DNA from: an uncultured Cellulophaga sp.
Lineage (GTDB): Bacteria > Bacteroidota > Bacteroidia > Flavobacteriales > Flavobacteriaceae
Direction of reading: 5' to 3'
Assembly: GCA_947492955.1 (NCBI GenBank)
Contig: CANLOV010000013.1
Coordinates: 2,276 to 66,275, forward strand
Length of the DNA: 64,000 nucleotides
The notes beneath the pieces were generated by a model. It was not told the origin of the DNA. It ran no database searches and was given only the letters and a program-made list of their open reading frames with translations. Shown here one piece after another: positions 27,833-37,864 of this stretch (position 1 is its first letter; each line of letters starts with the position of its first letter). Position numbers and translations under genes: made by a program.

Positions 27833-29110
27833 TTATAGCTCATATTTATCTTTCCATCGTTTACTTAAAAAATCTTTGATAACATTTTCTCGCTGATTAT
27901 TTCCTGGTTTGTAAAAAGATGTTCCAATTATTTCCTTAGGTAAAAACTCCTCATCCGTAAAATTATTATCGTAATTATGGGCGTACTTATAGTCTTTACC
28001 ATAACCAAGATCTTTCATTAATTTTGTAGGAGCATTTCTTAAGTTTAAAGGAACAGATAAATCACCAGTTTGCTTAACAGTTTGTTGTGCCATATTTATA
28101 GCCATATAACTAGCATTACTTTTTGCAGATGTAGCTAAATAAATAGCGCATTGGCTTAATATAATACGAGCTTCAGGGTATCCAATAGTTGTAACTGCTT
28201 GGAATGTATTGTTGGCAATAACTAGCGCTGTAGGATTTGCAATCCCAATATCTTCAGAAGCAGAAATTAACATTCTTCTGGCTATAAATTTTACATCTTC
28301 ACCACCTTCTATCATTCTTGCTAACCAGTATACGGCCCCATTTGGATCACTACCTCTTATAGATTTTATAAAAGCAGAAATAATATCGTAATGTTGTTCT
28401 CCTGTTTTATCATAGAGAACTGTGTTTTTCTGAATTTTGTTTAATACTAATTCGTCTGTAATAACAATATCATCTTGCGCCTCAGATGTAATAAGCAGTT
28501 CAAAAATATTTAATAATTTTCTTCCGTCACCGCCTGAGAGTCTTAATAAAGCTTCTGTTTCTTTTAATTCTATTTTTTTTGATTTAAGATAGTCGTCTTG
28601 CTGTATAGCTCTGTCTAGTAAAGTTTCTAAATCTTCTTTGTTAAATGAATTTAAAACGTATACCTGGCATCGAGATAGGAGGGCAGGGATAACCTCAAAA
28701 CTAGGGTTTTCTGTAGTAGCACCTATTAAAGTAACCCAGCCTTTTTCTACTGCGGCTAATAAAGAATCTTGCTGAGATTTGCTAAACCTATGTATTTCAT
28801 CAATAAATAAAATAGGATTTTTAGTAGTAAAGAGTCCACCACTTTGCTTTGCTTTATCAATAACCTCTCTAATGTCTTTAACACCACTATTAATAGCGCT
28901 TAAAGTATAAAAAGGTCTATTGCTTTCATTAGCAATGATATTAGCTAAAGTAGTTTTGCCGGTACCTGGAGGTCCCCATAAAATTAAAGACGGGATTATC
29001 CCTTTTTTAATTTGATGCGTTAAGGATCCATTTTTACCAATTAAATGATGCTGACTTACATATTCATCTAATGTTTTTGGGCGTACTCGTTCTGCAAGAG
29101 GTTCATTCAT
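27833..29110 (-). CDS. rarA: Replication-associated recombination protein A (AAA+ ATPase RarA/MgsA)
   Basis: Walker A GPPGTGKTT, Walker B LFIDEIHRF, MgsA C-terminal domain. I chose the internal ATG (29110) because MNEPLAERVRPKTLDEY matches the family N-terminus. The track start 29143 adds 11 hydrophobic residues. Confidence 0.85.
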   Translation of the reverse strand: MNEPLAERVRPKTLDEYVSQHHLIGKNGSLTHQIKKGIIPSLILWGPPGTGKTTLANIIANESNRPFYTLSAINSGVKDIREVIDKAKQSGGLFTTKNPILFIDEIHRFSKSQQDSLLAAVEKGWVTLIGATTENPSFEVIPALLSRCQVYVLNSFNKEDLETLLDRAIQQDDYLKSKKIELKETEALLRLSGGDGRKLLNIFELLITSEAQDDIVITDELVLNKIQKNTVLYDKTGEQHYDIISAFIKSIRGSDPNGAVYWLARMIEGGEDVKFIARRMLISASEDIGIANPTALVIANNTFQAVTTIGYPEARIILSQCAIYLATSAKSNASYMAINMAQQTVKQTGDLSVPLNLRNAPTKLMKDLGYGKDYKYAHNYDNNFTDEEFLPKEIIGTSFYKPGNNQRENVIKDFLSKRWKDKYEL

Positions 29111-29201
29111 ACTATAAAAATAAGATAAAAAAAGGTATGACAATTTATCATATATAGCATTTCTGGCTAATATTTTGAATTAAAAATATTAAATTGAAGT
29201 A

Positions 29202-29939
29202 ATGTTAAATACAACTCATTTTAAATATACACATTCAGTACTTGTTGTTCCTATGGTTGCAATTTTAATCATGTGGTTAGTATATTTAATAGAGCTTCGT
29301 TTGCATGTAAGTTTTAATAAGTATGGAATATATCCGAGAACTTTTTTAGGACTTAGGGGAGTGTTTTTTAGCCCTTGGATTCATGGTTCAATTGAGCATT
29401 TATATAATAATACGATACCTGTTGCTGTATTAACGTCTGCGTTAGCTTATTTCTATAGAAATATAACATATAAGGTATTACTATTTGGAGTATTGCTATC
29501 TGGTTTAATTACTTGGGGTATAGGAAGGCCTTCTTATCATATAGGCGCTAGTGGTGTTATTTATGTGTTGGCAAGTTTTATTTTCTTTAAGGGTGTTTTT
29601 ACCAAACATTATAGATTGGTAGCTCTTTCTTTGTTAATTGTTTTTCTCTATGGCAGTTTATTATGGTATATATTTCCTGTAAAAGATAATATTTCTTGGG
29701 AAGGGCATTTAGCAGGAGCTATTACTGGTTTAGTGCTTGCCATTTTTGTAAAAGCAAGCATACCTACTCCCAAAAAATATGATTGGGAGAAAGAAGATTA
29801 TAATGATGAAGATGATGAGTTTTTAAAACATTTTGATGAAAACGGTAATTTTATAGAAAATATTAATGAAGAACCATTAGAGGAAAATTCAATAAAAATT
29901 ACCTACCATTACAAAGAAAAAAACACAGGTTTAGAATAA
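29202..29939 (+). CDS. Rhomboid-family intramembrane serine protease
   Basis: 245 aa, multi-TM. GASGVIY (GxSG nucleophile) and a downstream His in WEGHLAGAITG. Confidence 0.75.
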   Translation: MLNTTHFKYTHSVLVVPMVAILIMWLVYLIELRLHVSFNKYGIYPRTFLGLRGVFFSPWIHGSIEHLYNNTIPVAVLTSALAYFYRNITYKVLLFGVLLSGLITWGIGRPSYHIGASGVIYVLASFIFFKGVFTKHYRLVALSLLIVFLYGSLLWYIFPVKDNISWEGHLAGAITGLVLAIFVKASIPTPKKYDWEKEDYNDEDDEFLKHFDENGNFIENINEEPLEENSIKITYHYKEKNTGLE

Positions 29940-29943
29940 AGTT

Positions 29944-30681
29944 TTAATCCATTCTTTGCCTTACAGCCTCATATAAAAATACAGCACAAGCTACAGATAC
30001 ATTAAGAGATTCAATTTCGCCAAGTAACGGAAGTTTAGCAGCACTATCTGCTGCTTTAATAATTGATGGAGAAATTCCTCTATCCTCGGAACCCATTACT
30101 ATTGCTGTTGGTGTTTTAAAAGAAACATCATAAATAGTATTGTCTGTTTTTTCGGTAGCAGCAATAACTTTAATTCCTGAAGCTTGTAAATAAAAAACAG
30201 CATCTTTAATATGGTCTACTTTGACTATTGGAACTTTAAATGCAGCTCCGGCAGAAGTTTTTATGGTATCAGCAGTTACAGGAGCAGCGCCTTTTTTTTG
30301 AATTATAATTCCGTCTACACCAGTACACTCAGCAGTTCTTATAATAGCGCCAAAATTACGAACATCAGATAGTTGGTCTAATAGTAAAAACAATGGAGTT
30401 TTGTCTTTTTTTTCTGTATTCTCTATTAATTCTTCAATGGTATAAAAAGTAATTGGGGATATGTTTGCTACTGCACCTTGATGATTGTTTTTAGTTAATC
30501 TATTTAACTTCTCAACAGGGACATAAGATGTGTTTATTCCATTCTTTCGTAATAAAACTTCTAATTCTTTAGAGATATCACCTTTAAGCCCTTTTTGTAT
30601 AAAAACCTTATCTATAGGTTCATTAGAATTTATAGCTTCTATAATGGCACGCAAGCCATATATCTGAGTGTTTTTTTGCAT
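29944..30681 (-). CDS. rlmB: 23S rRNA (guanosine-2'-O-)-methyltransferase RlmB (SpoU/TrmH family)
   Basis: 245 aa. N-terminal substrate-binding domain (IYGLRAIIEAI). SpoU motifs NFGAIIRTA, IVMGSEDRGIS, LNVSVACAVFLYE. Confidence 0.85.
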   Translation of the reverse strand: MQKNTQIYGLRAIIEAINSNEPIDKVFIQKGLKGDISKELEVLLRKNGINTSYVPVEKLNRLTKNNHQGAVANISPITFYTIEELIENTEKKDKTPLFLLLDQLSDVRNFGAIIRTAECTGVDGIIIQKKGAAPVTADTIKTSAGAAFKVPIVKVDHIKDAVFYLQASGIKVIAATEKTDNTIYDVSFKTPTAIVMGSEDRGISPSIIKAADSAAKLPLLGEIESLNVSVACAVFLYEAVRQRMD

Positions 30682-30713
30682 GGAGCAAAGGTAAGGTTAT
30701 AATTGTTTATAAT

Positions 30714-30747
30714 AAAAAGAGGTTGCCTTTTAAAGACAACCTCTTTT
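30714..30747 (-). terminator. Rho-independent terminator of the SusC/SusD/lipoprotein operon
   Basis: aaaaagaggttgcc-tttta-aagacaacctctttt. GC-containing stem of about 10 bp, followed by a T-run on the minus strand. It lies 25 nt past the stop at 30772. Confidence 0.7.
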
Positions 30748-30771
30748 GTAAAACGTTTAAATTAATACTTG

Positions 30772-31653
30772 TTATTGTTTAACCCATGTAGATGTTGCAG
30801 TCATAAAACCACTGGTAACTTCAACAGTCCATGTTCCATCTTCATTAACTGTTCCTGTGAATGTTATGTTATCTCCACAACAATCTGCTGAAGAACCACT
30901 TAGGGTTCCACAAACATCTGTTACATCTCCACCAGAAGCATCCCCACAGATACCAAAAGGACCACAAAATAATCCATCATAAACACCCCCAGAAAAATCA
31001 GATAAAGAATAAACTCCACCACCATTATCTGTTACGGTAACTGTATATTCGTAATTTGTAATTGGAGCTACTCCACAACAGCCAGTCCCAGAACTAGTTG
31101 CCAAATATGTTCCTCCTATATCAGAAGGACATGATACAGAATAATTAATTACTGATGTAAAAAGACCTGAGTTTTTAAGATTACCACTAAAATTATCAGT
31201 GCCGTCTGGGTTTATAATATTTAAAGTTCTACCATCTGCAGTGGTAAAGGAAGTTGTTATACTTAATATGTCACCAAGTTGAATATCATCAGTGGTATTA
31301 AGTTCTGAAAAAGCAGCAACAATATCATTAACAGAAACTGTAAAGTTTCCTGGTAATGTAGCATTATCAAATAAAACAGCATTGTATACTGATCCAGATG
31401 AAGCTCTATATACACCAATTATATTTGTGGATGCAGCTTCTCCTTGTGCTACATTGGCATTAAATGAAATATTAATATTTTCACCGTTATTAACTTTTAC
31501 TAAATCTAAAAATGCATCAGTAGAAGCATCTTTTTCCATGTTAGGAATTACCCCACTCTCCAGAGTACGTATAGATTTCCCTCCATCATTATCACAAGAA
31601 AAATTAATTAATGTGATGGTTATTATCATAATAATATATCTAATTTTTTTCAT
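30772..31653 (-). CDS. Cys-rich surface lipoprotein encoded downstream of SusD (SGBP-like position)
   Basis: 293 aa with lipobox INFSC. The C-terminal ~120 aa carry 8 Cys, including two CC doublets (GTGCCGV, SADCCGD), and Gly/Thr-rich beta-like segments. Confidence 0.6.
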   Translation of the reverse strand: MKKIRYIIMIITITLINFSCDNDGGKSIRTLESGVIPNMEKDASTDAFLDLVKVNNGENINISFNANVAQGEAASTNIIGVYRASSGSVYNAVLFDNATLPGNFTVSVNDIVAAFSELNTTDDIQLGDILSITTSFTTADGRTLNIINPDGTDNFSGNLKNSGLFTSVINYSVSCPSDIGGTYLATSSGTGCCGVAPITNYEYTVTVTDNGGGVYSLSDFSGGVYDGLFCGPFGICGDASGGDVTDVCGTLSGSSADCCGDNITFTGTVNEDGTWTVEVTSGFMTATSTWVKQ

Positions 31654-31663
31654 ATTTTTTTTT

Positions 31664-33364
31664 TTAATTATCCCAGAATATTTTATAAGTAGCAGGATCC
31701 TTTTGCGCAGGAGAATTGCTATTATTATTAATTTCAGTTGAAGGCCAATGTAATGATATTTGAAACGGGTTTCCTAAAGTTGTTTGTGTATCGTCTAAAG
31801 GCCATGCATCTCCATTATCCAATTGATATTCAGGAGAAGTTCCAAGAGGGTTTGCTAAAATAGGAAAACCAGTTCTTCTATAATCGGTATATTCATCAAT
31901 AGGATCTCCAAAGGAAGCAACCCATTTTTGAGTCATAATTATCTCTAGTTTCTTATCAGCACTAGCAGCATCAAACTCAGTAATTATATTATCTATAAAA
32001 TCTGAAGCTTCCATTGTATCTGCGACTGTAGGAATTGTTTGAGTGCTTCCATTTGCAGCAACAACTTCATCAACTTTTTCAAAAGCAGCAGTTATTGCTT
32101 CTTTAAGCTTAGCAGAAGCATCTCCACTAATTAAACCTTCTTGTATAAGTTCTGCTTGAATAAATAAGAACTCATAATAAGTTAACATTCTTTGTGGAGC
32201 AACACCCGTACCATTGGTAGCTGTGCCTCTTGCAAAGCCCATACCGTCATCATATCTTCCTCCACAAGGATAAATACCTGGGAAGGTAGCATCATTTTGT
32301 ACTGCTCCATCTCTATCTGGGCTTATACTACCAAAACGAATTGTAAAGAAACCTGTTGATGAGTCCCAGTAGTCAGCTCTAGGATTCCCTGTAACTAAAT
32401 CGCCTTGATCTCTTGGGAATGTGTTTGGAGGTAATTGATTTGCCCAGTAATATGGTATTCTAGGGTCTGAATTTCCAGTGTGAATATTTGGATTCATTCC
32501 TTTTAAAATTTCATAAAACCATGGGCTTACATAATGATCTACTTGTTGTTGAACGTATGAAGCTCTAAAAAGTTCATTTCGTTCATCAGCAGGAGTAATA
32601 TTTGAGGTAGTAGTGAATTGAAAATCATCTGAAGAAGATTCAAAGAAATTATCTTCCGCAATTAAAGCATTTAATTCACCAGCATTAAACATAGAGGATA
32701 AACGAATTTGATTGTATAGTTTTAATTTAAGAGTGTTAATAAATTTAATCCATTTATCATCATCTCCTCCATAAAATAAATCGTCAGTACCAGGCAAAAG
32801 AGCGCCTTCTCCACTAGCAATATTTGCTTTTGCCTCATCTAATAAGTTAAATACAGCCATGTATACATCTTCTTGTTTATCAAAATTTGGGCTTACTATA
32901 CCATCTACAAGTGAAGTTGCTTCTGAAAAGGGAACATCTCCCCATAAATCTACAGCTATAGAGCCTAAATAAGCTTTCATAGTTTGAGCAATACCTAAGT
33001 AAACTCTATTACCTGTTTCATCAGATTGACTTATAAGAGTTTCTATATCTGTTAAGCTAAGATATATATTTTGCCAATCGTTTCTGTAGGTAGTATTATC
33101 TGCTTGACCACCATATTGATCTTGTTCACTTCTTGAAACCAATTGGTGCATATATACAGATAAGACTTCACCACTAAATACCCTTGCGGCACCTATGTCT
33201 CCAATAGTTACTTGAATATTTGGTAATATTAAGTTTAAAGCAACATTTGTTGGGTTGTCTTTATCTTCATCGACATCTAAAAATTTATCGCATGCTACAG
33301 TAGTTAGCGCTATAAAAACAAGTAGATAATACTTGATATGTTTATTATATATTATATTTTTCAT
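31664..33364 (-). CDS. SusD/RagB-family nutrient-binding outer-membrane lipoprotein
   Basis: 566 aa with lipobox TTVACD. Helical TPR-like content. Located immediately downstream of a SusC-type gene (11 nt gap). Confidence 0.8.
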   Translation of the reverse strand: MKNIIYNKHIKYYLLVFIALTTVACDKFLDVDEDKDNPTNVALNLILPNIQVTIGDIGAARVFSGEVLSVYMHQLVSRSEQDQYGGQADNTTYRNDWQNIYLSLTDIETLISQSDETGNRVYLGIAQTMKAYLGSIAVDLWGDVPFSEATSLVDGIVSPNFDKQEDVYMAVFNLLDEAKANIASGEGALLPGTDDLFYGGDDDKWIKFINTLKLKLYNQIRLSSMFNAGELNALIAEDNFFESSSDDFQFTTTSNITPADERNELFRASYVQQQVDHYVSPWFYEILKGMNPNIHTGNSDPRIPYYWANQLPPNTFPRDQGDLVTGNPRADYWDSSTGFFTIRFGSISPDRDGAVQNDATFPGIYPCGGRYDDGMGFARGTATNGTGVAPQRMLTYYEFLFIQAELIQEGLISGDASAKLKEAITAAFEKVDEVVAANGSTQTIPTVADTMEASDFIDNIITEFDAASADKKLEIIMTQKWVASFGDPIDEYTDYRRTGFPILANPLGTSPEYQLDNGDAWPLDDTQTTLGNPFQISLHWPSTEINNNSNSPAQKDPATYKIFWDN

Positions 33365-33375
33365 GTTTTGTTTTA

Positions 33376-36300
33376 TTAAAATGTTACATTAATTTTAAAT
33401 CCATATCTTGTTGCTGTTGGAGGAGAAGCTATTTCTACTCCTTGCAATCTAGATGTACCATGTGAGGTTACTTCAGGATCAAAATTTGTGTATTTTGGGA
33501 CATTAGGAGCAAAATACCATAAATTATTTCCTATAGCACTAAATGAAGCTTTTCCGAAAGGTGTCTTTTTTAAGAGTTTAGCTGGTACATTGTATGTTAA
33601 GCTTAATTCTCTTAGCCTATATACAGTACCATCATAAACAGAAGCTTCGTCAACAGCATTCTGTCCAAAAGTACTACTTGATCCACCTCCTGTAAAATAT
33701 AGATCATTAAAATCTACTTGTGTAGTGTTAGGAATTGGATTGTTGTTACTATCAAGAGTAATATTACCTTGGGCATCTGAATAGAAACCTGGAATAATAA
33801 CAGTACGTTCTCTATCTTCCGTATCTTTGGTAACACCTCTACCTAATAATGATTGAATACTTGTAGACTGTATATCTCCACCTTTTCTCCAATCTACTTG
33901 AGCGCTCAGTGTTAAGTTTTTATATTTAATACTATTAATAAAACTCATTTTAAAGTCAGGGTTAGGGTCACCAATAATACCACTAGCTTCTGTACCTAAA
34001 GTTTCATTGTCTACTGAATTCCAAACATAACCAGTTGTTGGGTCTATAAGAAAGTTTCCTTCAGCATCTCTAGCGAATTTAGTCCCATAGAAAACACCAA
34101 ATGGCTGTCCAGGTATTGCGTGTGGTACTTGGTTTCCATTTCCTTCAAACTGTATTCTCTCTAAACCTTCTACTAATTCTGTAACTTTATTTTTGTTTTG
34201 CGTAAAAGTAGTAAACAAACTCCATCTTAAATTTTCTGTTTGTATAGGAACAAGAGTTAAGCCAACTTCTATTCCCGTATTTTCCATTTCACCTATGTTG
34301 GTGTTAATAAATTGGAAACCACTAGAGAGTGGAACAGAAACTTGAGAAATTAAATCGGTTGTAACTTTCTTATACCAACTAAAATCTAGTATAATACGTC
34401 TGTTAAAAAATTCTAAGTCAGTTCCAATTTCAAATTCATTAGTAAATTCTGGTCTAATTTCTTGATCTCCTAATGCTATTCTATTTCCCACTACAGGAAT
34501 AGTGTTAAAAGCATTTCCAGTAGCAAAAGTAGTATTTAAAAATTCTGCATCAGCAGCTCTACCAGCTTCGGCGTAACCAGCTCTTAACTTAGCAAATGTT
34601 AGTATATTACTATCTATGTTAAAAGCATCAGTAAGCACAAATGATGTGCTGACAGAAGGATAAAAGTAAGAACGATTATCTACAGGTAATGTAGAACTCC
34701 AATCATTTCTTGCGGTAGCATTTAAAAACAAAAAGTCTTTGTAAGAAAAGTTAACATCGGCAAATACTCCAAAGGTTCTTTGTCTTGCACTTCTGTCAAA
34801 ATTAACAGCTTGTGTGACAGTATTTCTTAGAGATCTAATATTTGGAGAAATAAAAGTACTTCCTGTTAAAGCAAAATTCTCTACAGTGTTTTGTAGAACA
34901 TTTGTTCCTAAAATCCCTGTAAAACCTATGTTTTTAGTTAATTCATAATCAAAATTAACTAAGAATGTAGACTCTATATCTTCATTAGTGAAGTCAATTT
35001 TTACAACAGAACCTCCATCGTTCAAAGAAGCTCTAGAGTTAGCGTCTCTTATTTGTCTTCTTTCAAGAATGTACTTGTTTATACCAACTCTAAAAGAAGA
35101 AGATATATGTTCGTTTATTGGAAAGTTAACATTAAAGTTACCAACTGTCCTATTACTTTGAGTTATAATTTGATCGTGTTCCCATGACCATAGTGGATGA
35201 TCCCAACCTCCATTAGGGATAACAGAAGCACCATTTGCATCTTCATAAGGTAAAGATAAATCCCATGTTCTACCTAACCATAAAGCTCTTGCAAAAGAGG
35301 ATGATGAACCTCCAAACTGGTTTTCACCATAAAATCCACCTACTTGATCGGTATTAGAAAAACTTAATGACCCTCCGATTGATATCCCGTTTTTAAGCTT
35401 AAAATTACCACCTGTAGAGATAGATGTTCTATCATAAGTGTTAAAAGGGATATACCCATCTTGTGCTAAATCTGAAATAGTCATACTAAATCCACCATCT
35501 TCACCACCATATGAAAGATTAACAGAATTATCAAATACAGCTCCAGTTTTAAATAAATCTCGAACATTATTTGGTTGTGCAACATAAGGTACTGTAGCGC
35601 CAAACAAGTCAGGAAATGCATTTAAAAGGTTTGGCCATGTCGGGATTGTTTCAAGAGCATCAAAACGTGCACCCCAAGAACCATTTGCATTTTGGTAGTT
35701 AAAATTTGTCCCATTACCATACGTATTTTGGTATTCTGGTAAATTAGCAATAGTTTCAAAATAAGTGCCAGAGCTAACGCTAACGCTAAGCTTCTTATTT
35801 GTGTTTCCATTTGGGGAACCAGATTTAGTTGTAATAACAATTACACCATTAGTGGCTCTGGATCCGTATAACGCAGATGCAGCAACACTCTTAAGGACAT
35901 TTATGGAAGCAATGTCATTAGGGTCTAAACTAGAAAGACCTGTCTCATAACTACCACCACCCAGAGTTTGGTTGGAGAAATTTAAATTAGTATTGTCACC
36001 TGCTTGCGTATTATCATAGGCAACACCATCAACAATAATTAAAGGTTGAGTAGAACCACCAAGTGTAGTTTGTCCTCTAATATTAATTAAATTCGCTGCA
36101 CCAGCAACACCAGTTGAAAAATTTACGTTAACACCTGCAACTTTCCCAGATAAAGAACGAATTAAATCAGGCTCAGAATTCTCTGTTATTTCACCAGCAG
36201 TAACTTTGCTTACAGCATATCCTAGTTTTTTTGGATTTCTTTTAATTCCAAATGCTGTAACAACTACTTCATCCAAAGATTCGGCATCTTCCTGCATTTG

Positions 36301-36579
36301 TACATTAATAGTGTTGCTAGTGCCAATAGCTTTTTTGAGCTCTTTTTGACCTAGGTATGAAAAAACTAATGTTTGGCCTTCATTACCTTTAATTAGATAT
36401 TTTCCATCAAAATCTGTTTGTGTACCGTTAGTAGTGCCTTGTACTAAAATGTTAACTCCAGGCAAGGGTAGACCATCTTGATCTATTACTGTCCCTGAAA
36501 TTGTTTTTTCTTGTGCAAAAGATATATGCACAAGAAACGCTAAGAATAGCGCTAGAATCCCATTCTTTTTTGTTTTCAT
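33376..36579 (-). CDS. SusC/RagA-family TonB-dependent outer-membrane transporter
   Basis: 1067 aa. N-terminal CarboxypepD_reg domain (ISGTVIDQDGLPLPGVNILVQGTTNGTQTDFDGKY), TonB-box-like DEVVVTAFG, plug plus a long barrel, and a terminal aromatic residue (…INVTF). Confidence 0.9.
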   Translation of the reverse strand: MKTKKNGILALFLAFLVHISFAQEKTISGTVIDQDGLPLPGVNILVQGTTNGTQTDFDGKYLIKGNEGQTLVFSYLGQKELKKAIGTSNTINVQMQEDAESLDEVVVTAFGIKRNPKKLGYAVSKVTAGEITENSEPDLIRSLSGKVAGVNVNFSTGVAGAANLINIRGQTTLGGSTQPLIIVDGVAYDNTQAGDNTNLNFSNQTLGGGSYETGLSSLDPNDIASINVLKSVAASALYGSRATNGVIVITTKSGSPNGNTNKKLSVSVSSGTYFETIANLPEYQNTYGNGTNFNYQNANGSWGARFDALETIPTWPNLLNAFPDLFGATVPYVAQPNNVRDLFKTGAVFDNSVNLSYGGEDGGFSMTISDLAQDGYIPFNTYDRTSISTGGNFKLKNGISIGGSLSFSNTDQVGGFYGENQFGGSSSSFARALWLGRTWDLSLPYEDANGASVIPNGGWDHPLWSWEHDQIITQSNRTVGNFNVNFPINEHISSSFRVGINKYILERRQIRDANSRASLNDGGSVVKIDFTNEDIESTFLVNFDYELTKNIGFTGILGTNVLQNTVENFALTGSTFISPNIRSLRNTVTQAVNFDRSARQRTFGVFADVNFSYKDFLFLNATARNDWSSTLPVDNRSYFYPSVSTSFVLTDAFNIDSNILTFAKLRAGYAEAGRAADAEFLNTTFATGNAFNTIPVVGNRIALGDQEIRPEFTNEFEIGTDLEFFNRRIILDFSWYKKVTTDLISQVSVPLSSGFQFINTNIGEMENTGIEVGLTLVPIQTENLRWSLFTTFTQNKNKVTELVEGLERIQFEGNGNQVPHAIPGQPFGVFYGTKFARDAEGNFLIDPTTGYVWNSVDNETLGTEASGIIGDPNPDFKMSFINSIKYKNLTLSAQVDWRKGGDIQSTSIQSLLGRGVTKDTEDRERTVIIPGFYSDAQGNITLDSNNNPIPNTTQVDFNDLYFTGGGSSSTFGQNAVDEASVYDGTVYRLRELSLTYNVPAKLLKKTPFGKASFSAIGNNLWYFAPNVPKYTNFDPEVTSHGTSRLQGVEIASPPTATRYGFKINVTF

Positions 36580-36902
36580 TCTTTAATTATTTTAATTAGT
36601 CAACGACTAAATTCATAATTTCATGTTAAATAAACAAACTTAATTTAATAAAATATTAAGAAATTGTGAAATAAAACAACTTATCTAGTTCTTTTTGTTG
36701 GAAAATAACACATTCTCAATGTAAGTGGTTTACGGTTGTTAATTATTCAATTTTTTAAGAATTGTATCTTTATTACTATTTTTTTTATCAATTTAATTAT
36801 TTTACCGTAAGTTTTTTCTTTAATTTATTTGTCCATGTCGGTTTAATTTTGAAGATTTATTTTTGGAAATAAAAAATATATGTAAAATAAGTTTGTGATG
36901 AT

Positions 36903-36932
36903 TTGAATTATTCAGAAAAATTACTAAATTTG
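36903..36932 (+). promoter_or_regulatory. Candidate Bacteroidota-type sigma-A promoter of the ribosomal super-operon
   Basis: TTG (36903..36905), a 19 nt spacer, then TAAATTTG (36925..36932), which matches TAnnTTTG. It lies 46 nt upstream of the rpsL ATG. Confidence 0.45.
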
Positions 36933-36977
36933 CCAGCCCTTAAAAGAGGGTAAAGTTTTATACATATATATTATAGT

Positions 36978-37352
36978 ATGCCAACAATTTCACAATTAGT
37001 ACGAAAAGGAAGAGTCTCAATTACTAAGAAGAGTAAATCGGCTGCTTTGGATTCGTGTCCTCAGAGAAGAGGGGTTTGTACGCGTGTATACACTACTACG
37101 CCTAAGAAACCAAACTCTGCAATGCGTAAAGTTGCAAGGGTTAGGTTAACTAACGGTAAAGAGGTGAATGCGTATATCCCAGGAGAGGGTCACAATTTAC
37201 AAGAGCACTCGATAGTATTAGTAAGAGGCGGAAGGGTAAAAGATTTGCCAGGAGTTAGGTATCATATCGTTAGAGGTGCTCTAGATACAGCGGGTGTTGC
37301 TGGGAGAACTCAACGAAGATCAAAATACGGAGCAAAACGCCCTAAGAAGTAA
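36978..37352 (+). CDS. rpsL: 30S ribosomal protein S12
   Basis: [12 protein letters not shown]... is unmistakably uS12. Confidence 0.98.
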   Translation: MPTISQLVRKGRVSITKKSKSAALDSCPQRRGVCTRVYTTTPKKPNSAMRKVARVRLTNGKEVNAYIPGEGHNLQEHSIVLVRGGRVKDLPGVRYHIVRGALDTAGVAGRTQRRSKYGAKRPKK

Positions 37353-37375
37353 TTAAACTTTTTTAAAGAAAAGAC

Positions 37376-37852
37376 ATGAGAAAAAAACAGGCCAAAAAAA
37401 GACCTTTATTGCCGGATCCTAAATTTAATGATCAGTTAGTGACTCGTTTTGTTAACATGATGATGTGGGATGGTAAGAAGTCAATTGCTTTTAAGGTTTT
37501 TTACGATGCAATTGCAATCGTAGAAGAAAAGAAAACAGACGAAGAAAAAACTGCTTTGGAGCTTTGGAAGGATGCTTTGTCTAATGTAATGCCGCACGTT
37601 GAGGTAAGAAGTAGAAGAGTGGGTGGTGCAACATTTCAGATTCCAATGCAAATCAGACCAGACCGTAAAATATCTACAGCTATGAAATGGTTAATTAGTT
37701 TCGCTCGTAAGCGTAATGAGAAATCAATGGCTCAGAAATTAGCTGCTGAAGTTTTAGCTGCGGCTAAAGAAGAAGGTGCAGCGGTTAAGAAAAGAGTTGA
37801 TACTCACAAGATGGCTGAAGCAAATAAAGCATTCTCTCACTTTAGATTTTAA
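37376..37852 (+). CDS. rpsG: 30S ribosomal protein S7
   Basis: 158 aa, uS7 sequence and position after rpsL. Confidence 0.98.
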   Translation: MRKKQAKKRPLLPDPKFNDQLVTRFVNMMMWDGKKSIAFKVFYDAIAIVEEKKTDEEKTALELWKDALSNVMPHVEVRSRRVGGATFQIPMQIRPDRKISTAMKWLISFARKRNEKSMAQKLAAEVLAAAKEEGAAVKKRVDTHKMAEANKAFSHFRF

Positions 37853-37864
37853 TCAGGAATAGAA

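Noticed and set aside
26981-29143. ORF-track starts at GTG 26981 and ATG 29143.
   Set aside because: The internal ATG 27002 gives a proper signal peptide. The internal ATG 29110 gives the conserved RarA N-terminus (MNEPLAERVRP). The longer versions add atypical residues.
31292-35950. ORFs 31292..31741 (+), 35622..35840 (-) and 35765..35950 (+).
   Set aside because: They are embedded in, or antisense to, the lipoprotein/SusD/SusC genes. 35622..35840 is an alternative frame of SusC. None has independent support.
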